From: Gammaproteobacteria bacterium | Lineage (GTDB): Bacteria > Pseudomonadota > Gammaproteobacteria > UBA4575 | Length of the DNA: 64,000 bases | Direction: 5' to 3' | Assembly (NCBI GenBank): GCA_965221955.1 | Contig: CBDCTA010000018.1 | Coordinates: forward strand, 160,001-224,000 | Part shown: piece by piece, positions 10,079 through 21,117 of the stretch | Layout: every line of letters begins with the position of its first letter | Position numbering within the stretch: the first letter of the stretch is position 1 | Translations under genes and position numbers: made by a program | Notes under the pieces: model-generated | What the model was told of the DNA's origin: nothing | What the model saw: the letters and a program-made list of their open reading frames with translations, nothing else | Database searches by the model: none

Positions 10079-10885
10079 CTAGTTAAAAATATTATCGAAA
10101 AAAGCTTGCATTCGATCCCACGAGTCTTGATCTGCATGCTGGTCATATTGCAAAGCAGGCAAACCAAACTTCTCACTAAATTCATCTGCCCGGGGATTAG
10201 TAAAACTATGCTTAACATCTGGGTATGCAACAAACTCATATTGCACACCTGCATTTTGCATTTCTTGCTTAAAAGTTTCGACCTGTTCATGCGGAATAAA
10301 CGGATCTTCCTCTCCATGCAGCACTAATACTCTTGCTTTTACATGGTCTTTTTGCGCCGGACTTTCAGTATTTAAGCTACCATGAAAACTAACAACACCG
10401 TCAATATCCGTACCAATACGTGCTAAATGCAACACCATTCCGCCTCCAAAACAATAGCCAATAGCAGCTGTTTTTGTCGCATCGGTAACGGCTTGTTGAT
10501 TCAATACTTCTAAGGCAGCACTCATGCGCTTTTCTGCTAAAGGTATATTGCTTGTAACTTCTCGCATAAATTTTCCTGCATCATCAGGATGTTGTGCGAG
10601 CTTGCCATCACCATACATATCTACAGCAAACGCAACATACCCAAGCTCGGCCAACATCTCTGCACGATTTCTCGCATATTGATTATGCCCCCACCACTCA
10701 TGCACAACTAATACTCCTGGACGCTTACCCTTCATTGCAGCGTCATAAGCCATATAACCTGTCAACTTTACATCTTCAACATGGTATTCAATTTCTTGTG
10801 TAACGATATCAGCTTTAACAGCATCTTCTGCATGCACATATATAGAATAAACCATAAGCGTTACAAATAAGATAACAAGCTTCAT
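10079..10885 (-). CDS. Dienelactone hydrolase family protein (exported)
   Basis: VHEWWG, GYCFGG nucleophile motif, HSFTNP; signal peptide from ATG 10885. Confidence 0.92.
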   Translation of the reverse strand: MKLVILFVTLMVYSIYVHAEDAVKADIVTQEIEYHVEDVKLTGYMAYDAAMKGKRPGVLVVHEWWGHNQYARNRAEMLAELGYVAFAVDMYGDGKLAQHPDDAGKFMREVTSNIPLAEKRMSAALEVLNQQAVTDATKTAAIGYCFGGGMVLHLARIGTDIDGVVSFHGSLNTESPAQKDHVKARVLVLHGEEDPFIPHEQVETFKQEMQNAGVQYEFVAYPDVKHSFTNPRADEFSEKFGLPALQYDQHADQDSWDRMQAFFDNIFN

Positions 10886-10962
10886 TTTCAAACCTTTGTA
10901 GTCATTTATCATATTGATGAAATACGATGTTCAGTCATTTAAAAATATTCGATAAATATAGT

Positions 10963-11319
10963 TTACTTTGTACAGCTATATTCCTTATATAAAATATCTT
11001 CTACTAAAACAGAACCTGAATTTTTTAATCCTTTGCGTCTCTCTTTCAAAGATTGAGTCACTACAGATAAGACTTCGTTTTTAGTAATTTCATCAGGCAC
11101 ACAGATATGTTGCTTTTCAGACAGGTGGTCAAATATCCCACCCACATATCCAGAAAACTCCGAAACCAAATGCAGATCCGCTTGTTTAGGATTAGATTGT
11201 GATTTTTCCCATTCAAGTGCAGCTTCCACCAAACCTTCACCATTAAAAAAATGATATACCGTTGCATTGGCAGGAACTAACACAAATGCAAGCAATAGCA
11301 CAAAAACTAATTTATTCAT
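10963..11319 (-). CDS. Rap1a/Tai-family immunity-like exported protein
   Basis: ATG 11319 with TGGAG; signal peptide; NGEGL...GYVGGIFD...ICVPDEIT...YSC pattern. Confidence 0.65.
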   Translation of the reverse strand: MNKLVFVLLLAFVLVPANATVYHFFNGEGLVEAALEWEKSQSNPKQADLHLVSEFSGYVGGIFDHLSEKQHICVPDEITKNEVLSVVTQSLKERRKGLKNSGSVLVEDILYKEYSCTK

Positions 11320-11467
11320 TGATTTCTCCAGTAACAACGCCAAACTTGATAGAAAGCAGACGCAATAAGTCTGATTCATTGAATGGAGTAAAACTATAGA
11401 AGAAAGTTCCAAACATGGCAAAATATACAGCTCAACAAATTCAACTTTATACTTACACGCTGAAATA

Positions 11468-12646
11468 ATGCATTTAAAATTACTTATAGCATTTACACTT
11501 TTCTCACTAGTGGGTTGCGCAACATCCATTTCACACACTCCTGCCCCGGAACACTTAATTTCAAAAGCTACTATCATTAATTCCGCATCCATCCGTTTCT
11601 GGGGAGATGAACACGCACATAAATTTCAAAAAATAGAGCTAACTGCATGGTTAGAACAACGCAGTCAAGAATGGGAAAAACATCAATCTAACCCGATACT
11701 TAATTTTCTTGCCCTATCCGGCGGAGGTGAAGATGGTTCGTTTGCTGCAGGTATTATTACAGGATGGACTCGCAATGGTGACCGACCTACATTTGATGTG
11801 GTAACTGGTGTCAGTGCAGGTGCTTTAGCTTCACCTTTCATTTTTCTTGGGTCAGACTATGACGATATATTGTTTGAAGTTTATGAAAATTTAGGTGAGA
11901 AAGATATTTATCGAACTCAGTTTTTGGATGGTCTATTAGGTGGGACAGCAATATTTGATACGCGGCCTTTAAAAGAATTGATTAGCCGTTATGTCACACA
12001 GGAAATATTAAATCAGATTGCTCTAGAACAGCGTAAAGGTCGGCGTTTATGGGTCGGCACCACCAATTTGGATGCAGGCCGACCGGTAATCTGGGATATT
12101 GGCAGAATAGCTGCAAGCAAGGATCCTAATGCACTCAACTTATTCCATGATATTTTACTCGCATCCTCCGCCGTACCTGGAATCTTCCCCCCCATATTAA
12201 TTGATGTAAATATAAATAACCAAAAATTTACTGAAATGCATGTAGATGGAGGTGTAACTCGGCAAGTATTTTTATACCCACCACAGTTCGTTGAAGCCAA
12301 CCTTATCGACACATTAGGTAAAGATATTGAACGAAGACTTTTCATAATTCGCAATGGTCGCAGTCAAGCTATTTATGAACCGGTTGAAACCAATATGTAC
12401 TCTATTGCGCTTAGAGCACTCAACATGACTATAGAAAACAAAGCCATTGGTGATTTATATAGAATATATGATATTGCAGAACGCGATGGCATCGATTACA
12501 ACCTAGCCATCATTCCAAATTCATTTAAGCTAAAACCAAATAGTTCATTTGATCCAGAGTACACAAAAGCACTTTTTGATCTTGGTTATAAACTAGCAAA
12601 AGATGGATATAACTGGCATAAAGCCCCACCTGAAAGCAAACGTTAA
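11468..12646 (+). CDS. Patatin-like phospholipase, lipoprotein
   Basis: Lipobox LVGC; LSGGGEDG, GVSAG nucleophile, ASSAVPG, DGG. Confidence 0.92.
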   Translation: MHLKLLIAFTLFSLVGCATSISHTPAPEHLISKATIINSASIRFWGDEHAHKFQKIELTAWLEQRSQEWEKHQSNPILNFLALSGGGEDGSFAAGIITGWTRNGDRPTFDVVTGVSAGALASPFIFLGSDYDDILFEVYENLGEKDIYRTQFLDGLLGGTAIFDTRPLKELISRYVTQEILNQIALEQRKGRRLWVGTTNLDAGRPVIWDIGRIAASKDPNALNLFHDILLASSAVPGIFPPILIDVNINNQKFTEMHVDGGVTRQVFLYPPQFVEANLIDTLGKDIERRLFIIRNGRSQAIYEPVETNMYSIALRALNMTIENKAIGDLYRIYDIAERDGIDYNLAIIPNSFKLKPNSSFDPEYTKALFDLGYKLAKDGYNWHKAPPESKR

Positions 12647-12657
12647 TAATAAGTCGT

Positions 12658-13410
12658 ATGGATGTTACTTTTTTAAATGACCAAGGCGAACAGCTTGCTG
12701 GAATCATCGACCAAGTTAATAGACCAATCGCACAAGCCATTTTTACACATTGTTTTACTTGCTCAAAAGACCATACTGCCAGCTATCGCATCTGCAAAGC
12801 CCTTGCAAAACATGATATACAAGTTTTACGCTTTGACTTTACAGGCCTTGGAAAAAGCCAAGGAGATTTTTCTACCACGGATTTCTCAAGCAATATTAAT
12901 GACATTAAAGCTGCAGTTGAATTTTTAGCGAACCATCACCAAAGCCCACAACTACTTATTGGTCATAGTCTTGGGGGTATTGCGGCAACCGCAGCAGCCT
13001 GTGAGCTTACAGAAATTCAGGCTGTAGCAACCATTGCTTCACCCAACCGCCCTGCTCATATCCTTGATCACTTTGAACAGCATATACCAAAAATTTTGAA
13101 ACAAGGATTTGATGATGTAAGCGTATTTGGCCGTTCGCTCAGACTAAGCAAAGACTATATTCAAGATCTTAAAAGTTACGACGAAAGACATTTCATTAGA
13201 AAATTAAACAAACCTATCCTTATTTTTCATTCGCCATTTGATGAGGTTGTTTCAATTGACGAAGCTGCAAAAATTTTTAAAGAAGCCAAACACCCTAAAA
13301 GCTTTATATCACTGGATGAAACTGATCATTTAATATCCAGAAAATCTGATGCCGAATACATTGCCGAAAATATTGCATGTTGGGCTAAACGTTACATCAA
13401 GCCATTTTAA
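12658..13410 (+). CDS. Alpha/beta hydrolase
   Basis: HCFTCSKD, RFDFTGLG, GHSLGG, HPKSFISLD..DHL. Confidence 0.9.
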   Translation: MDVTFLNDQGEQLAGIIDQVNRPIAQAIFTHCFTCSKDHTASYRICKALAKHDIQVLRFDFTGLGKSQGDFSTTDFSSNINDIKAAVEFLANHHQSPQLLIGHSLGGIAATAAACELTEIQAVATIASPNRPAHILDHFEQHIPKILKQGFDDVSVFGRSLRLSKDYIQDLKSYDERHFIRKLNKPILIFHSPFDEVVSIDEAAKIFKEAKHPKSFISLDETDHLISRKSDAEYIAENIACWAKRYIKPF

Positions 13411-13504
13411 CCCACGCTGATAAATTGAACTTTATCGCCCAAATGGGGTTTAAAGTTATAATGCTAAAGTTATTACAATATTCTTATCTCTTGAGGATAT
13501 CTTC

Positions 13505-14206
13505 ATGAACGCAATCACACGTAAATGCGCACTCACATTTTTTGTCTTTACATGTTTTTTATTTGTTTCCACATCGCAACTATATGCCACTACTGCAACC
13601 GCTGAAGCACTCGTAGATGCGGCTACAGAATCAGTAAATACTTTTACTGTTGACCCAGATATGAAATGGTTTCGTGACAATATGAATAAAGCCAAGGGTG
13701 TATTAATCGTACCCTCCCTTGTTAAAGGTGGCTTTATCTTTGGTGGCTCGGGAGGCAGCGGTGTATTGTTAGTCAAAGGAGATGGCAATATTTGGAGCGA
13801 TCCTGCTTTCTATACTATGGGTTCAGGCACTGTAGGCTTTCAACTTGGAGTCGAAGTATCGGAAATCATTCTTATGGTGATGACTGAAATAGGCATTGAT
13901 GCTTTACTCACCTCATCATTTAAATTAGGTGGCGATGTAAGCATTGCAGCAGGTCCTATTGGTGCAGGCGCCAAGGCACAAACAGCAGATATACTCGCAT
14001 TTTCCAGAACCAAGGGTATTTATGGTGGAATTAACATAGAAGGTGCAGTATTAAAAATTCGCAATGATTGGAATCATGATTATTATGGCAAAGAAACTTC
14101 TCCACGCACCATTCTAATCGAACGTAGCGAATCCAATCCTCATGCCGATAGTTTACGCAACGCAGTTGCTAATCTTGCTATTCGAAGCAGTACTTCAACA
14201 AAATAA
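13505..14206 (+). CDS. Lipid-binding SYLF (Ysc84) domain protein
   Basis: AKGVLIVPSLVKGGFIFGGSGGSGVL, GFQLGV, AAGPIG, FSRTKGIYGG. Confidence 0.88.
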   Translation: MNAITRKCALTFFVFTCFLFVSTSQLYATTATAEALVDAATESVNTFTVDPDMKWFRDNMNKAKGVLIVPSLVKGGFIFGGSGGSGVLLVKGDGNIWSDPAFYTMGSGTVGFQLGVEVSEIILMVMTEIGIDALLTSSFKLGGDVSIAAGPIGAGAKAQTADILAFSRTKGIYGGINIEGAVLKIRNDWNHDYYGKETSPRTILIERSESNPHADSLRNAVANLAIRSSTSTK

Positions 14207-14310
14207 TCACGATTCAAATTAAGAACCCCAAAACTTATATGGAATAAGGCACACAGTTACATGCAATAATATTAACTTTCGCAGGTAAAGAGGTTACATG
14301 CAAAAGCTCT

Positions 14311-17037
14311 ATGACTACGCTGCCTGAATATAAAGACAACCCTTCACGACTAGCAGCCCTTTCTCGCTATCGTGACTTAGACTATTCGTCTGATTCTGAA
14401 TTTCAAACAATTACTGAATTAGCTACTGAATTTTGTGATGCATCAATGAGTGTTATCACTTTAGTAGATGAAAACGAAGTCAAATTTATATTTTCTCATG
14501 GAATCGAAAGTGTTTCTTGTGTACCAAGAGACAACGCCTTTTGTGAAAAAACAGTATTTCAAGGTAGCCCATTAAATATTCCTGACACGCTTTTAGATCC
14601 TGAATTCAAAAACAACCCACTCGTTAAAAATGAACCGCATATTCGGTTTTATGCTGGGCAACCCTTGATTACATATGATGGGCATGCGATTGGTACATTA
14701 TGCGTCTTGGACACTCAGCCTAAATTTCTTTCGAAGTTTCAAAGTAATTCGTTATCTCAACTGAGCAAAATTGCAACTAAATTATTTGAATCAAAACTTC
14801 TTGAATCCATTTCAAGAACAAATGAGTCATTTGTGCAAGCCATTGATGAAATTGTTTATGACCATGACATACAAAATAAGAAAATAAAATGGTCGGGTGC
14901 TTATACAAGGATATTAGGATTCAACGAAGAAGAAATGGGTTCAGATGAGAATAGCTGGATAAACAAAGTTCACCCTGATGATTTATCTGCAGTTTTACTT
15001 GAATATGAAAAAGTAAAGAAGGACCATCGACTGTATGATTTTGAATATCGATTTGCTCAGCAAGATGGTAACTATATTTGGGTACATGACCGTGGTGTGC
15101 TGCATTTTGATAATAATAACAAACCCATGCAAACCATAGGCGTTATCAGAGATGTTCACAAAAGAAAACTTACCGAACTAGCTTTACAAGAACGTGAAAC
15201 TCGTTATTCCACACTAGTGAATAATGCAATTGTGTGTATACACGAAATCGACCTTGATGGCTGCTTCATTAGCATGAACCCAAGTGGACTTAACATGCTT
15301 GAAGCAAAAAACGAAGAAGAAATTAAAGGACTATCTTATTTAGAAGGTGTAGATCCAAAAGATAACAAACGCATCAAACAATTACTTGATAAAGCCTTAC
15401 TTGGCGAGAAATCTACGTTTGAATTTACAGGCACTTCTGGAAAAATATATGCTTCATGTTTTATTCCAATAAAAAACACTCATGGCCAAGTTGAAAAACT
15501 TATGGGTGTCTCTGAAGACATAACCGATCGAAAACTAGCCGAATTAACTGTAAAAGAAGAAAAAGAGCGCCTTGAGCTCGTTATGCGTGCCACAAACGAC
15601 TGCGTTTGGGATTTAGACAAAACTACTAACACAGTATGGTGGAATGAAACGTACACTAAAAACTTTGGCCGGCCTTCTGAAGAAAACACATGGGATTGGT
15701 GGTTAGAGAGAATCCATCCTGGCGATCGTGAGCGCGTCAAAACTTCTCTTGAAACTATTCCAAATACCGATGCTGAGCGTTGGGATGAGGATTATCGGTT
15801 TAAAAAACCAAATGGTGAATACTGTTATGTCTTAGATCGTGCCTATATTGCTCGCGACCAATCAGGCAACGCAACTAGAGTTCTTGGTGCGATGTCTGAC
15901 ATCACAAAACAGAAACGAGCTGAACAGGATTTACGTGAAGTGAACATGGCTCTTTCCCACTCCATGCCAGGCATTGCACGGTTAGATCTCGATGGTCATT
16001 ACACATATGTAAATGAAATTTATGCTGCATTACTCGGCTATACAACTGATGAACTAATTGGCCAGTCATGGGAAATAACCGTTGACCCGAGTGATATTGA
16101 TTTAGGAAAACGTGGTTATCAAAAAATGCTGGTCGAAGATAATGTTGAATTTGATATCAAAGGAATTAAAAAAGATGGTTCGCCACTCTTCAAACATGTA
16201 TTAATTTCCAAACGGCTAGATGACAATGGAGTATTCATTGGTCATCGATGTTTTATGAAAGATATAACCACGAAGGTTGAGGTCGAACAGAAACATAAAC
16301 AATTACAGAACGAACTAAATCATGTGGCGCGACTTAGCAATATGGATGAAATGGCAACGGGACTTGCACATGAAATTAATCAGCCCCTAACAGCAATATC
16401 AAACTATTGTGATGCAGCACATTCATTTGTATCGTCTGAACCATCACCTAATAGCAAACTAATTGAGCTTTTGCAGGGTGCTAGTGAGCAAGCTCATAGA
16501 GCGGGCGAAATCGTGCGACATTGCAGACAATTTGCCAGCAAACAACCTATGGAGAAAAATATAGTTGATCTCAATGAGTTGACCAATGAGACGGTGCGCT
16601 TTTTAGATTCTGATGCACGCGATAAAAAAGTAGAAATTCAAATTACTTTAGATAAAAAAATACCACCAGTAAAAATTGATAAAGTCCAAATCCAACAAGT
16701 ACTAGTCAACCTTCTTCGCAATGGCATAGAAGCCATGCAGAACAACAACGGGAAAGTGCGTAAACTTAGTATTTATACTCATTTGAATGGTAAAAGCAGC
16801 TCACAACCAGAAGCTCAAGTAACCGTCAAAGATACAGGTCAAGGCTTAGAGCTATCTCAAATCGAAAACTTGTTTCAACCTTTTTATACAACAAAAAAAA
16901 ATGGCATGGGTATGGGCCTTTCCATTAGCCGCACTATAATTTCTGCACATGGAGGCAAGCTTTGGTTTGACAATCAAGAATATCGCAATACGAAATTTCA
17001 TTTCACTTTACCCATTGAAAAGAACGAAGCTTTATGA
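14311..17037 (+). CDS. GAF + multi-PAS sensor histidine kinase (FixL-like transmitter)
   Basis: GAF (NPLV..EPHIRFYAG), PAS repeats (HPDD/HPGD), LAHEINQPL, QVLVNLLRN, DTGQG, GMGMGLSISR. Confidence 0.93.
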   Translation: MTTLPEYKDNPSRLAALSRYRDLDYSSDSEFQTITELATEFCDASMSVITLVDENEVKFIFSHGIESVSCVPRDNAFCEKTVFQGSPLNIPDTLLDPEFKNNPLVKNEPHIRFYAGQPLITYDGHAIGTLCVLDTQPKFLSKFQSNSLSQLSKIATKLFESKLLESISRTNESFVQAIDEIVYDHDIQNKKIKWSGAYTRILGFNEEEMGSDENSWINKVHPDDLSAVLLEYEKVKKDHRLYDFEYRFAQQDGNYIWVHDRGVLHFDNNNKPMQTIGVIRDVHKRKLTELALQERETRYSTLVNNAIVCIHEIDLDGCFISMNPSGLNMLEAKNEEEIKGLSYLEGVDPKDNKRIKQLLDKALLGEKSTFEFTGTSGKIYASCFIPIKNTHGQVEKLMGVSEDITDRKLAELTVKEEKERLELVMRATNDCVWDLDKTTNTVWWNETYTKNFGRPSEENTWDWWLERIHPGDRERVKTSLETIPNTDAERWDEDYRFKKPNGEYCYVLDRAYIARDQSGNATRVLGAMSDITKQKRAEQDLREVNMALSHSMPGIARLDLDGHYTYVNEIYAALLGYTTDELIGQSWEITVDPSDIDLGKRGYQKMLVEDNVEFDIKGIKKDGSPLFKHVLISKRLDDNGVFIGHRCFMKDITTKVEVEQKHKQLQNELNHVARLSNMDEMATGLAHEINQPLTAISNYCDAAHSFVSSEPSPNSKLIELLQGASEQAHRAGEIVRHCRQFASKQPMEKNIVDLNELTNETVRFLDSDARDKKVEIQITLDKKIPPVKIDKVQIQQVLVNLLRNGIEAMQNNNGKVRKLSIYTHLNGKSSSQPEAQVTVKDTGQGLELSQIENLFQPFYTTKKNGMGMGLSISRTIISAHGGKLWFDNQEYRNTKFHFTLPIEKNEAL

Positions 17038-17654
17038 CTACCCAAGGAATTGTTCATGTAGTAGACGATGATCCAGCGATTAGAAATGCACTAACGGCTT
17101 CATTAGAAATTCGCGGATTAACAGTCAAGGAATTATGAATCAGCCGAAACCTTTCTTAATTCGTATGAAGATAATCAAATTGGCTGCTTAGTACTGGATA
17201 TTAGAATGCCAGGAATTAATGGATTAGAACTACAACAAATTTTAGTTAAAAAAAATTACGGCAATTCCAATCATCTTTGTTACAGGACATGGAGATGTAC
17301 CAATGTCTGTAAAGGCACTCAAAAACGGTGCAATCGATTTTCTAGAAAAGCCATATCGACAAGAAATCTTACAAAAACGGATTGAACAAGCATTAGAACA
17401 GTGCAAATCTAATCAAGAAAGAAATTGAAGAGAAAAATAACTGCCTTGAATGCTTTGAGCGTTTGACGCCACGAGAAAAACAAGTCATGGCGATATTGGT
17501 TAATGATTATGCAAATGCTTCAAATAAGAAAATTGCCGAGAAGTTAGAAATCAGTCCGCGAACGGTTGAAAACCACCGGGAAAAAATAATGCAAAAGATG
17601 CAAGTGAACTCACTCCTCGATCTGGTTAAAAAAGCAGAAGCTTGTGCTTGCTAA
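17034..17654 (+). pseudogene. FixJ-family response regulator split by three +1 frameshifts (probably sequencing errors)
   Basis: ATGA overlap with kinase; segments VHVVDDDPAIR / CLVLDIRMPG / IIFVTGHGDVPM..DFLEKPY / LTPREKQVM..ISPRTVENHR lie in successive frames. Confidence 0.88.
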
Positions 17655-17747
17655 TTGTCTGTAAAACGTTGGAAAGACCAACATTCTTGAATTACAGCTC
17701 AACAATTACCTCTATCTTGTATCAAATCTAAAGATTTCCGTGTGTTG

Positions 17748-17763
17748 TCCGTATTTATACGGA
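17748..17763. promoter_or_regulatory. Palindrome TCCGTA-N4-TACGGA, putative FixJ-family box
   Basis: Same CGTA-N4-TACG core found at 32364 and 34346 beside the second FixLJ-like pair. Confidence 0.45.
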
Positions 17764-17905
17764 TTTACCTATTGGATTATCGCCCTCATACTTACAGTTA
17801 TAGGAAGAAATAATAGGGGCTATTGCTAAAAACTAAGCTTCGAGACACTACTAAAAAATAGACTGGGTTTAGGGACAAATAGGAGTTATAGCTAGCTGGT
17901 CTTCC

Positions 17906-18331
17906 TTAACGCGTTGTTTTTAAAAGTCGTGCTAGCGCTTTAGATGCATTTGCATCACCGTCTTTATGCCAATACCTTGCAGAGTTATAGCCAATTTCTG
18001 TACCCCACTGCATATTTGGATCTTTAGCCTGTTCGACAATAATCTTCGCTTCCATTACCGATTGCTTACTCGATAAGCCTTGACGCTGTAAATAAGCGTC
18101 TAGTACCAAAATTTGTTCTGCTTCAGGGACTTCGTGCAATTCTGATAAATAAATTAGTGCACCATACGTGTACATGGTCAGTACTGCTTGTTGAGGAGGC
18201 GTATATTCGCGAATAGGAATTGGGGATTGAGATTTACTCTCAATCATGAATTTCTGTACTAAACCTAAAATTGCATCATAAGCATCAAAATTTGGTTTTC
18301 TCCTACCAATAATAGTTTCAAGCACAGACAC
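17906..18331 (-). CDS. Hypothetical protein
   Basis: 141-aa ORF, GTG start with upstream AGGA; no recognised motif. Confidence 0.6.
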   Translation of the reverse strand: MSVLETIIGRRKPNFDAYDAILGLVQKFMIESKSQSPIPIREYTPPQQAVLTMYTYGALIYLSELHEVPEAEQILVLDAYLQRQGLSSKQSVMEAKIIVEQAKDPNMQWGTEIGYNSARYWHKDGDANASKALARLLKTTR

Positions 18332-18521
18332 TAATATGTTCCTAGAGGCAATTTATTTAAAATGATTGAATGATCATTATCCTTATGAATTTCAATTGTT
18401 TATATTGAGCCATCCAGGGTCAAGCCATGCGTACCAACGTGTATAAAAAAGCCGATAAAAACCGCTAAGTAGTTGTATTGTTAAAACAATTTGACCCAAA
18501 AATACGCTGATAAGCTCATCT

Positions 18522-19640
18522 TTAAAATGCTTTTTGATACCCAAACGTGAACACCCAATCCGTTTCTAATTGCGGCCCATTTAAGTGTTGATAGATCGGG
18601 GCTCCAATTTCAAAAGCCACACGGTGCCCCGCCAAGACTCCAGTTTGCCCAAGCAAATTAACACCAAACAAAAGTTCGACTCGCTCACCGCCTTGATTAT
18701 TCGGATCTGCAGTTTGCACTGGAGCGACAATATCAAGATTTTGGCCATCAATTTTATCTATTGTTTGACCTGCGATTCGTGCAGAAGTACTAATCCATGG
18801 TTTCCATAGATAACTCCCCCAGGCAGTGATGTGATGTTCATCGCCCAAGCTATAGTCTTTATAGTTCTCATCTTCCAGACGAATCACCCCAGAATATTGC
18901 GCCCCCCACCCCATGTTTCCAGACTTACCGGCATAAGTAATACCTGGTAAGAAATCAAAAGTGCCTGAACCTAATTGCATAGGATAAGGTAAAGTCAATT
19001 TAGGCATGGTCCCTAACGGAGTTAACACATCATCTTCTTCACTAATTGATCCTGTTGGTAAACTGATTCCAGCATTCAAATGAAAATGATGCGTATCATC
19101 TTCATACAAACGAAACAAACCACTTAACTTGGTATCTCCAAACCCACTTGAACGTGTAGTAAAACTACCGCGAACCGTCGTACCCACAGGTCCCATATAC
19201 GTAATGTGATCCATTTCTTTTTTTATATAAGAGGTCATCAACATTAAGGTTACCCAGTCAGTAGGTGCATACATTGCTCCCAACATATGCATATCCATCG
19301 TCATCTGTGTTGGCACAACCCTTAATGTCGGCGGTTGCATAGGTTGCCCAAAAAATGGATTCGCAACGGTAGTTACAATTTCATCAGGGTTAATACTGCT
19401 TGTACCATCACGACTATTTTTCATTTCCATTCGCATATAACGGTAGGAAACCATCCATTCTCCCTTCGCGTGCATATGATCGCCCATCACCTCGATAGGC
19501 GCATGACTATCTGCTGTATGTGCACCATGACTGCCAATACTCATATTCACTGGCGGATGCTGATGGTTATCTTCACCTGCATTCACTATGCCTAAAAGTA
19601 ATAGATATATAACTGCAATTTTATATTTAGATATGCACAC
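18522..19640 (-). CDS. His/Met-rich outer-membrane beta-barrel protein
   Basis: Signal peptide, ADSHAPIEVMGDHMH, MTMDMHM, GFGDTKL, QLGSGTFD, C-terminal YQKAF. Confidence 0.8.
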   Translation of the reverse strand: MCISKYKIAVIYLLLLGIVNAGEDNHQHPPVNMSIGSHGAHTADSHAPIEVMGDHMHAKGEWMVSYRYMRMEMKNSRDGTSSINPDEIVTTVANPFFGQPMQPPTLRVVPTQMTMDMHMLGAMYAPTDWVTLMLMTSYIKKEMDHITYMGPVGTTVRGSFTTRSSGFGDTKLSGLFRLYEDDTHHFHLNAGISLPTGSISEEDDVLTPLGTMPKLTLPYPMQLGSGTFDFLPGITYAGKSGNMGWGAQYSGVIRLEDENYKDYSLGDEHHITAWGSYLWKPWISTSARIAGQTIDKIDGQNLDIVAPVQTADPNNQGGERVELLFGVNLLGQTGVLAGHRVAFEIGAPIYQHLNGPQLETDWVFTFGYQKAF

Positions 19641-19705
19641 TCACTTAACTCCTTAAAGAAATTATTGTTATGCAGATATTTTATGATGAATTTTTATAAG
19701 CAATG

Positions 19706-19722
19706 TGCGACATAGTGTCGCA
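19706..19722. promoter_or_regulatory. RegA/PrrA/RegR-type binding site
   Basis: Perfect palindrome TGCGAC-N5-GTCGCA between divergent barrel gene and regB; resembles the RegR box GCGGC-N5-GTCGC. Confidence 0.75.
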
Positions 19723-19824
19723 GCCAGTACAGACAATCGAACTAAAAAGAGATATTTCCGTAATCCCTTTATGGATGGGTATCCCATAAAGCGCTTAATA
19801 TTGATTTATAATCTGCGTTGAATA

Positions 19825-21117
19825 ATGAATACAAAAACCATGCAAACCCTTAACAATTCTTTACATCAAGAACATCGCATTAATTTACGTTTATTAGTTT
19901 GGTTACGAGTTTTTGCGATTGCAGGTCAATTTGCAGCCGTTTATTTTGCTAGCCATATACTTGGCATCGAATTACAAGTCAAAACGCTATATTCATGGAT
20001 TGGCATCTATACTCTAATTAACGTTCTCACTTTTTTACGTATATATAGCAATATTGAAATTCGCCGTAGTGAATTTTTTATTCATCTACTAATAGATATT
20101 TTTATACTAACGATCTTATTCAAATTTTCTGAAGGCGGGGCTAATCCTTTTGTCTCGCTTTATTTAATTCCTTTAACCATTTCCGCCATTACCCTTCCCA
20201 GCATTTTCACTTGGGCCTTGGCAGCAATTACCATTTCCTGCTATAGCCTTTTAATGTGGGTGTTTAGTCCCATGAACGAACATAGCTTCCATGCACATAA
20301 TTTTGATGTACACGTCACTGGCATGTGGTTAGGTTTTGTAATCAGTGCACTGATAGTCGCCTTTTTTGTTGTAAGGATGGGCCGTACTATTCAACAACAA
20401 CAAAAACGACTTTCCGACCAAGAAACCCAGGCCTTACAAAACGAACAGCTTGTAAAACTTGGCACTATAGCTGCAAGCACGGCTCACGAACTTGGCACCC
20501 CACTTGGCACGATGCAACTTGTGGTTGAAGAATTAGCAGAAGACGAAAATATTAATAAAAATAGTTACCAGCTCAATACACTTAAAACCCAAATTAAACG
20601 CTGCAAAGATGCACTATCCATTTTATCTGCATCAGTAGGTAGTGCACCTCTTGAAAAAGGTGAACCCATGTTGATTCATAGTTTTTTCAGTGAATTAGTA
20701 CAAGATTGGCAAGATTCTCGCCCCGAAGTAAATATTAAAACCTCATGGCAAGGTGAAACACCCGGACCAAAAATCATCGCAGAACGTTCACTTAAACAAG
20801 CAATTAAAAATATTCTCGATAATGCAGCAAATGTTTCCCCTGAATATGTAAATTGTGAGGCAGTACTAGAATCACATACATTAAAACTTCTGGTAACGGA
20901 TCGTGGCCCTGGACTTGATTTAGATGATTCAGAAAATATTGGTCAACAACCGTTTATCCAATCACATAACAACCAGTCCAAAGGCTTAGGTTTAGGTTTA
21001 TTTTTATCACATGGAATTGTCAAACGTTTTGGTGGCAAAGTTTCATTAAAAAATAGCAGTAAAGGAGGGCTACAAACTACTATATTGCTACCCTTACAAA
21101 ACCTAGTCGTAACATGA
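19825..21117 (+). CDS. regB: RegB/PrrB/ActS-family sensor histidine kinase
   Basis: LVWLR, multiple TM helices, GGANPF, AHELGTPL, IKRCKD redox Cys, GLGLGLF. Confidence 0.85.
   Translation: MNTKTMQTLNNSLHQEHRINLRLLVWLRVFAIAGQFAAVYFASHILGIELQVKTLYSWIGIYTLINVLTFLRIYSNIEIRRSEFFIHLLIDIFILTILFKFSEGGANPFVSLYLIPLTISAITLPSIFTWALAAITISCYSLLMWVFSPMNEHSFHAHNFDVHVTGMWLGFVISALIVAFFVVRMGRTIQQQQKRLSDQETQALQNEQLVKLGTIAASTAHELGTPLGTMQLVVEELAEDENINKNSYQLNTLKTQIKRCKDALSILSASVGSAPLEKGEPMLIHSFFSELVQDWQDSRPEVNIKTSWQGETPGPKIIAERSLKQAIKNILDNAANVSPEYVNCEAVLESHTLKLLVTDRGPGLDLDDSENIGQQPFIQSHNNQSKGLGLGLFLSHGIVKRFGGKVSLKNSSKGGLQTTILLPLQNLVVT

Noticed and set aside
11320-11592. N-terminal extension of the 209-aa minus-strand ORF
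   Set aside because: Overlaps the patatin gene on the other strand; the SD and signal peptide place the real start at 11319.
14256-14303. 11-bp direct repeat GTTACATGCAA twice upstream of the kinase, and a possible sigma-54 site
   Set aside because: Only two copies with no supporting context; the GG-GC spacing does not fit -24/-12.
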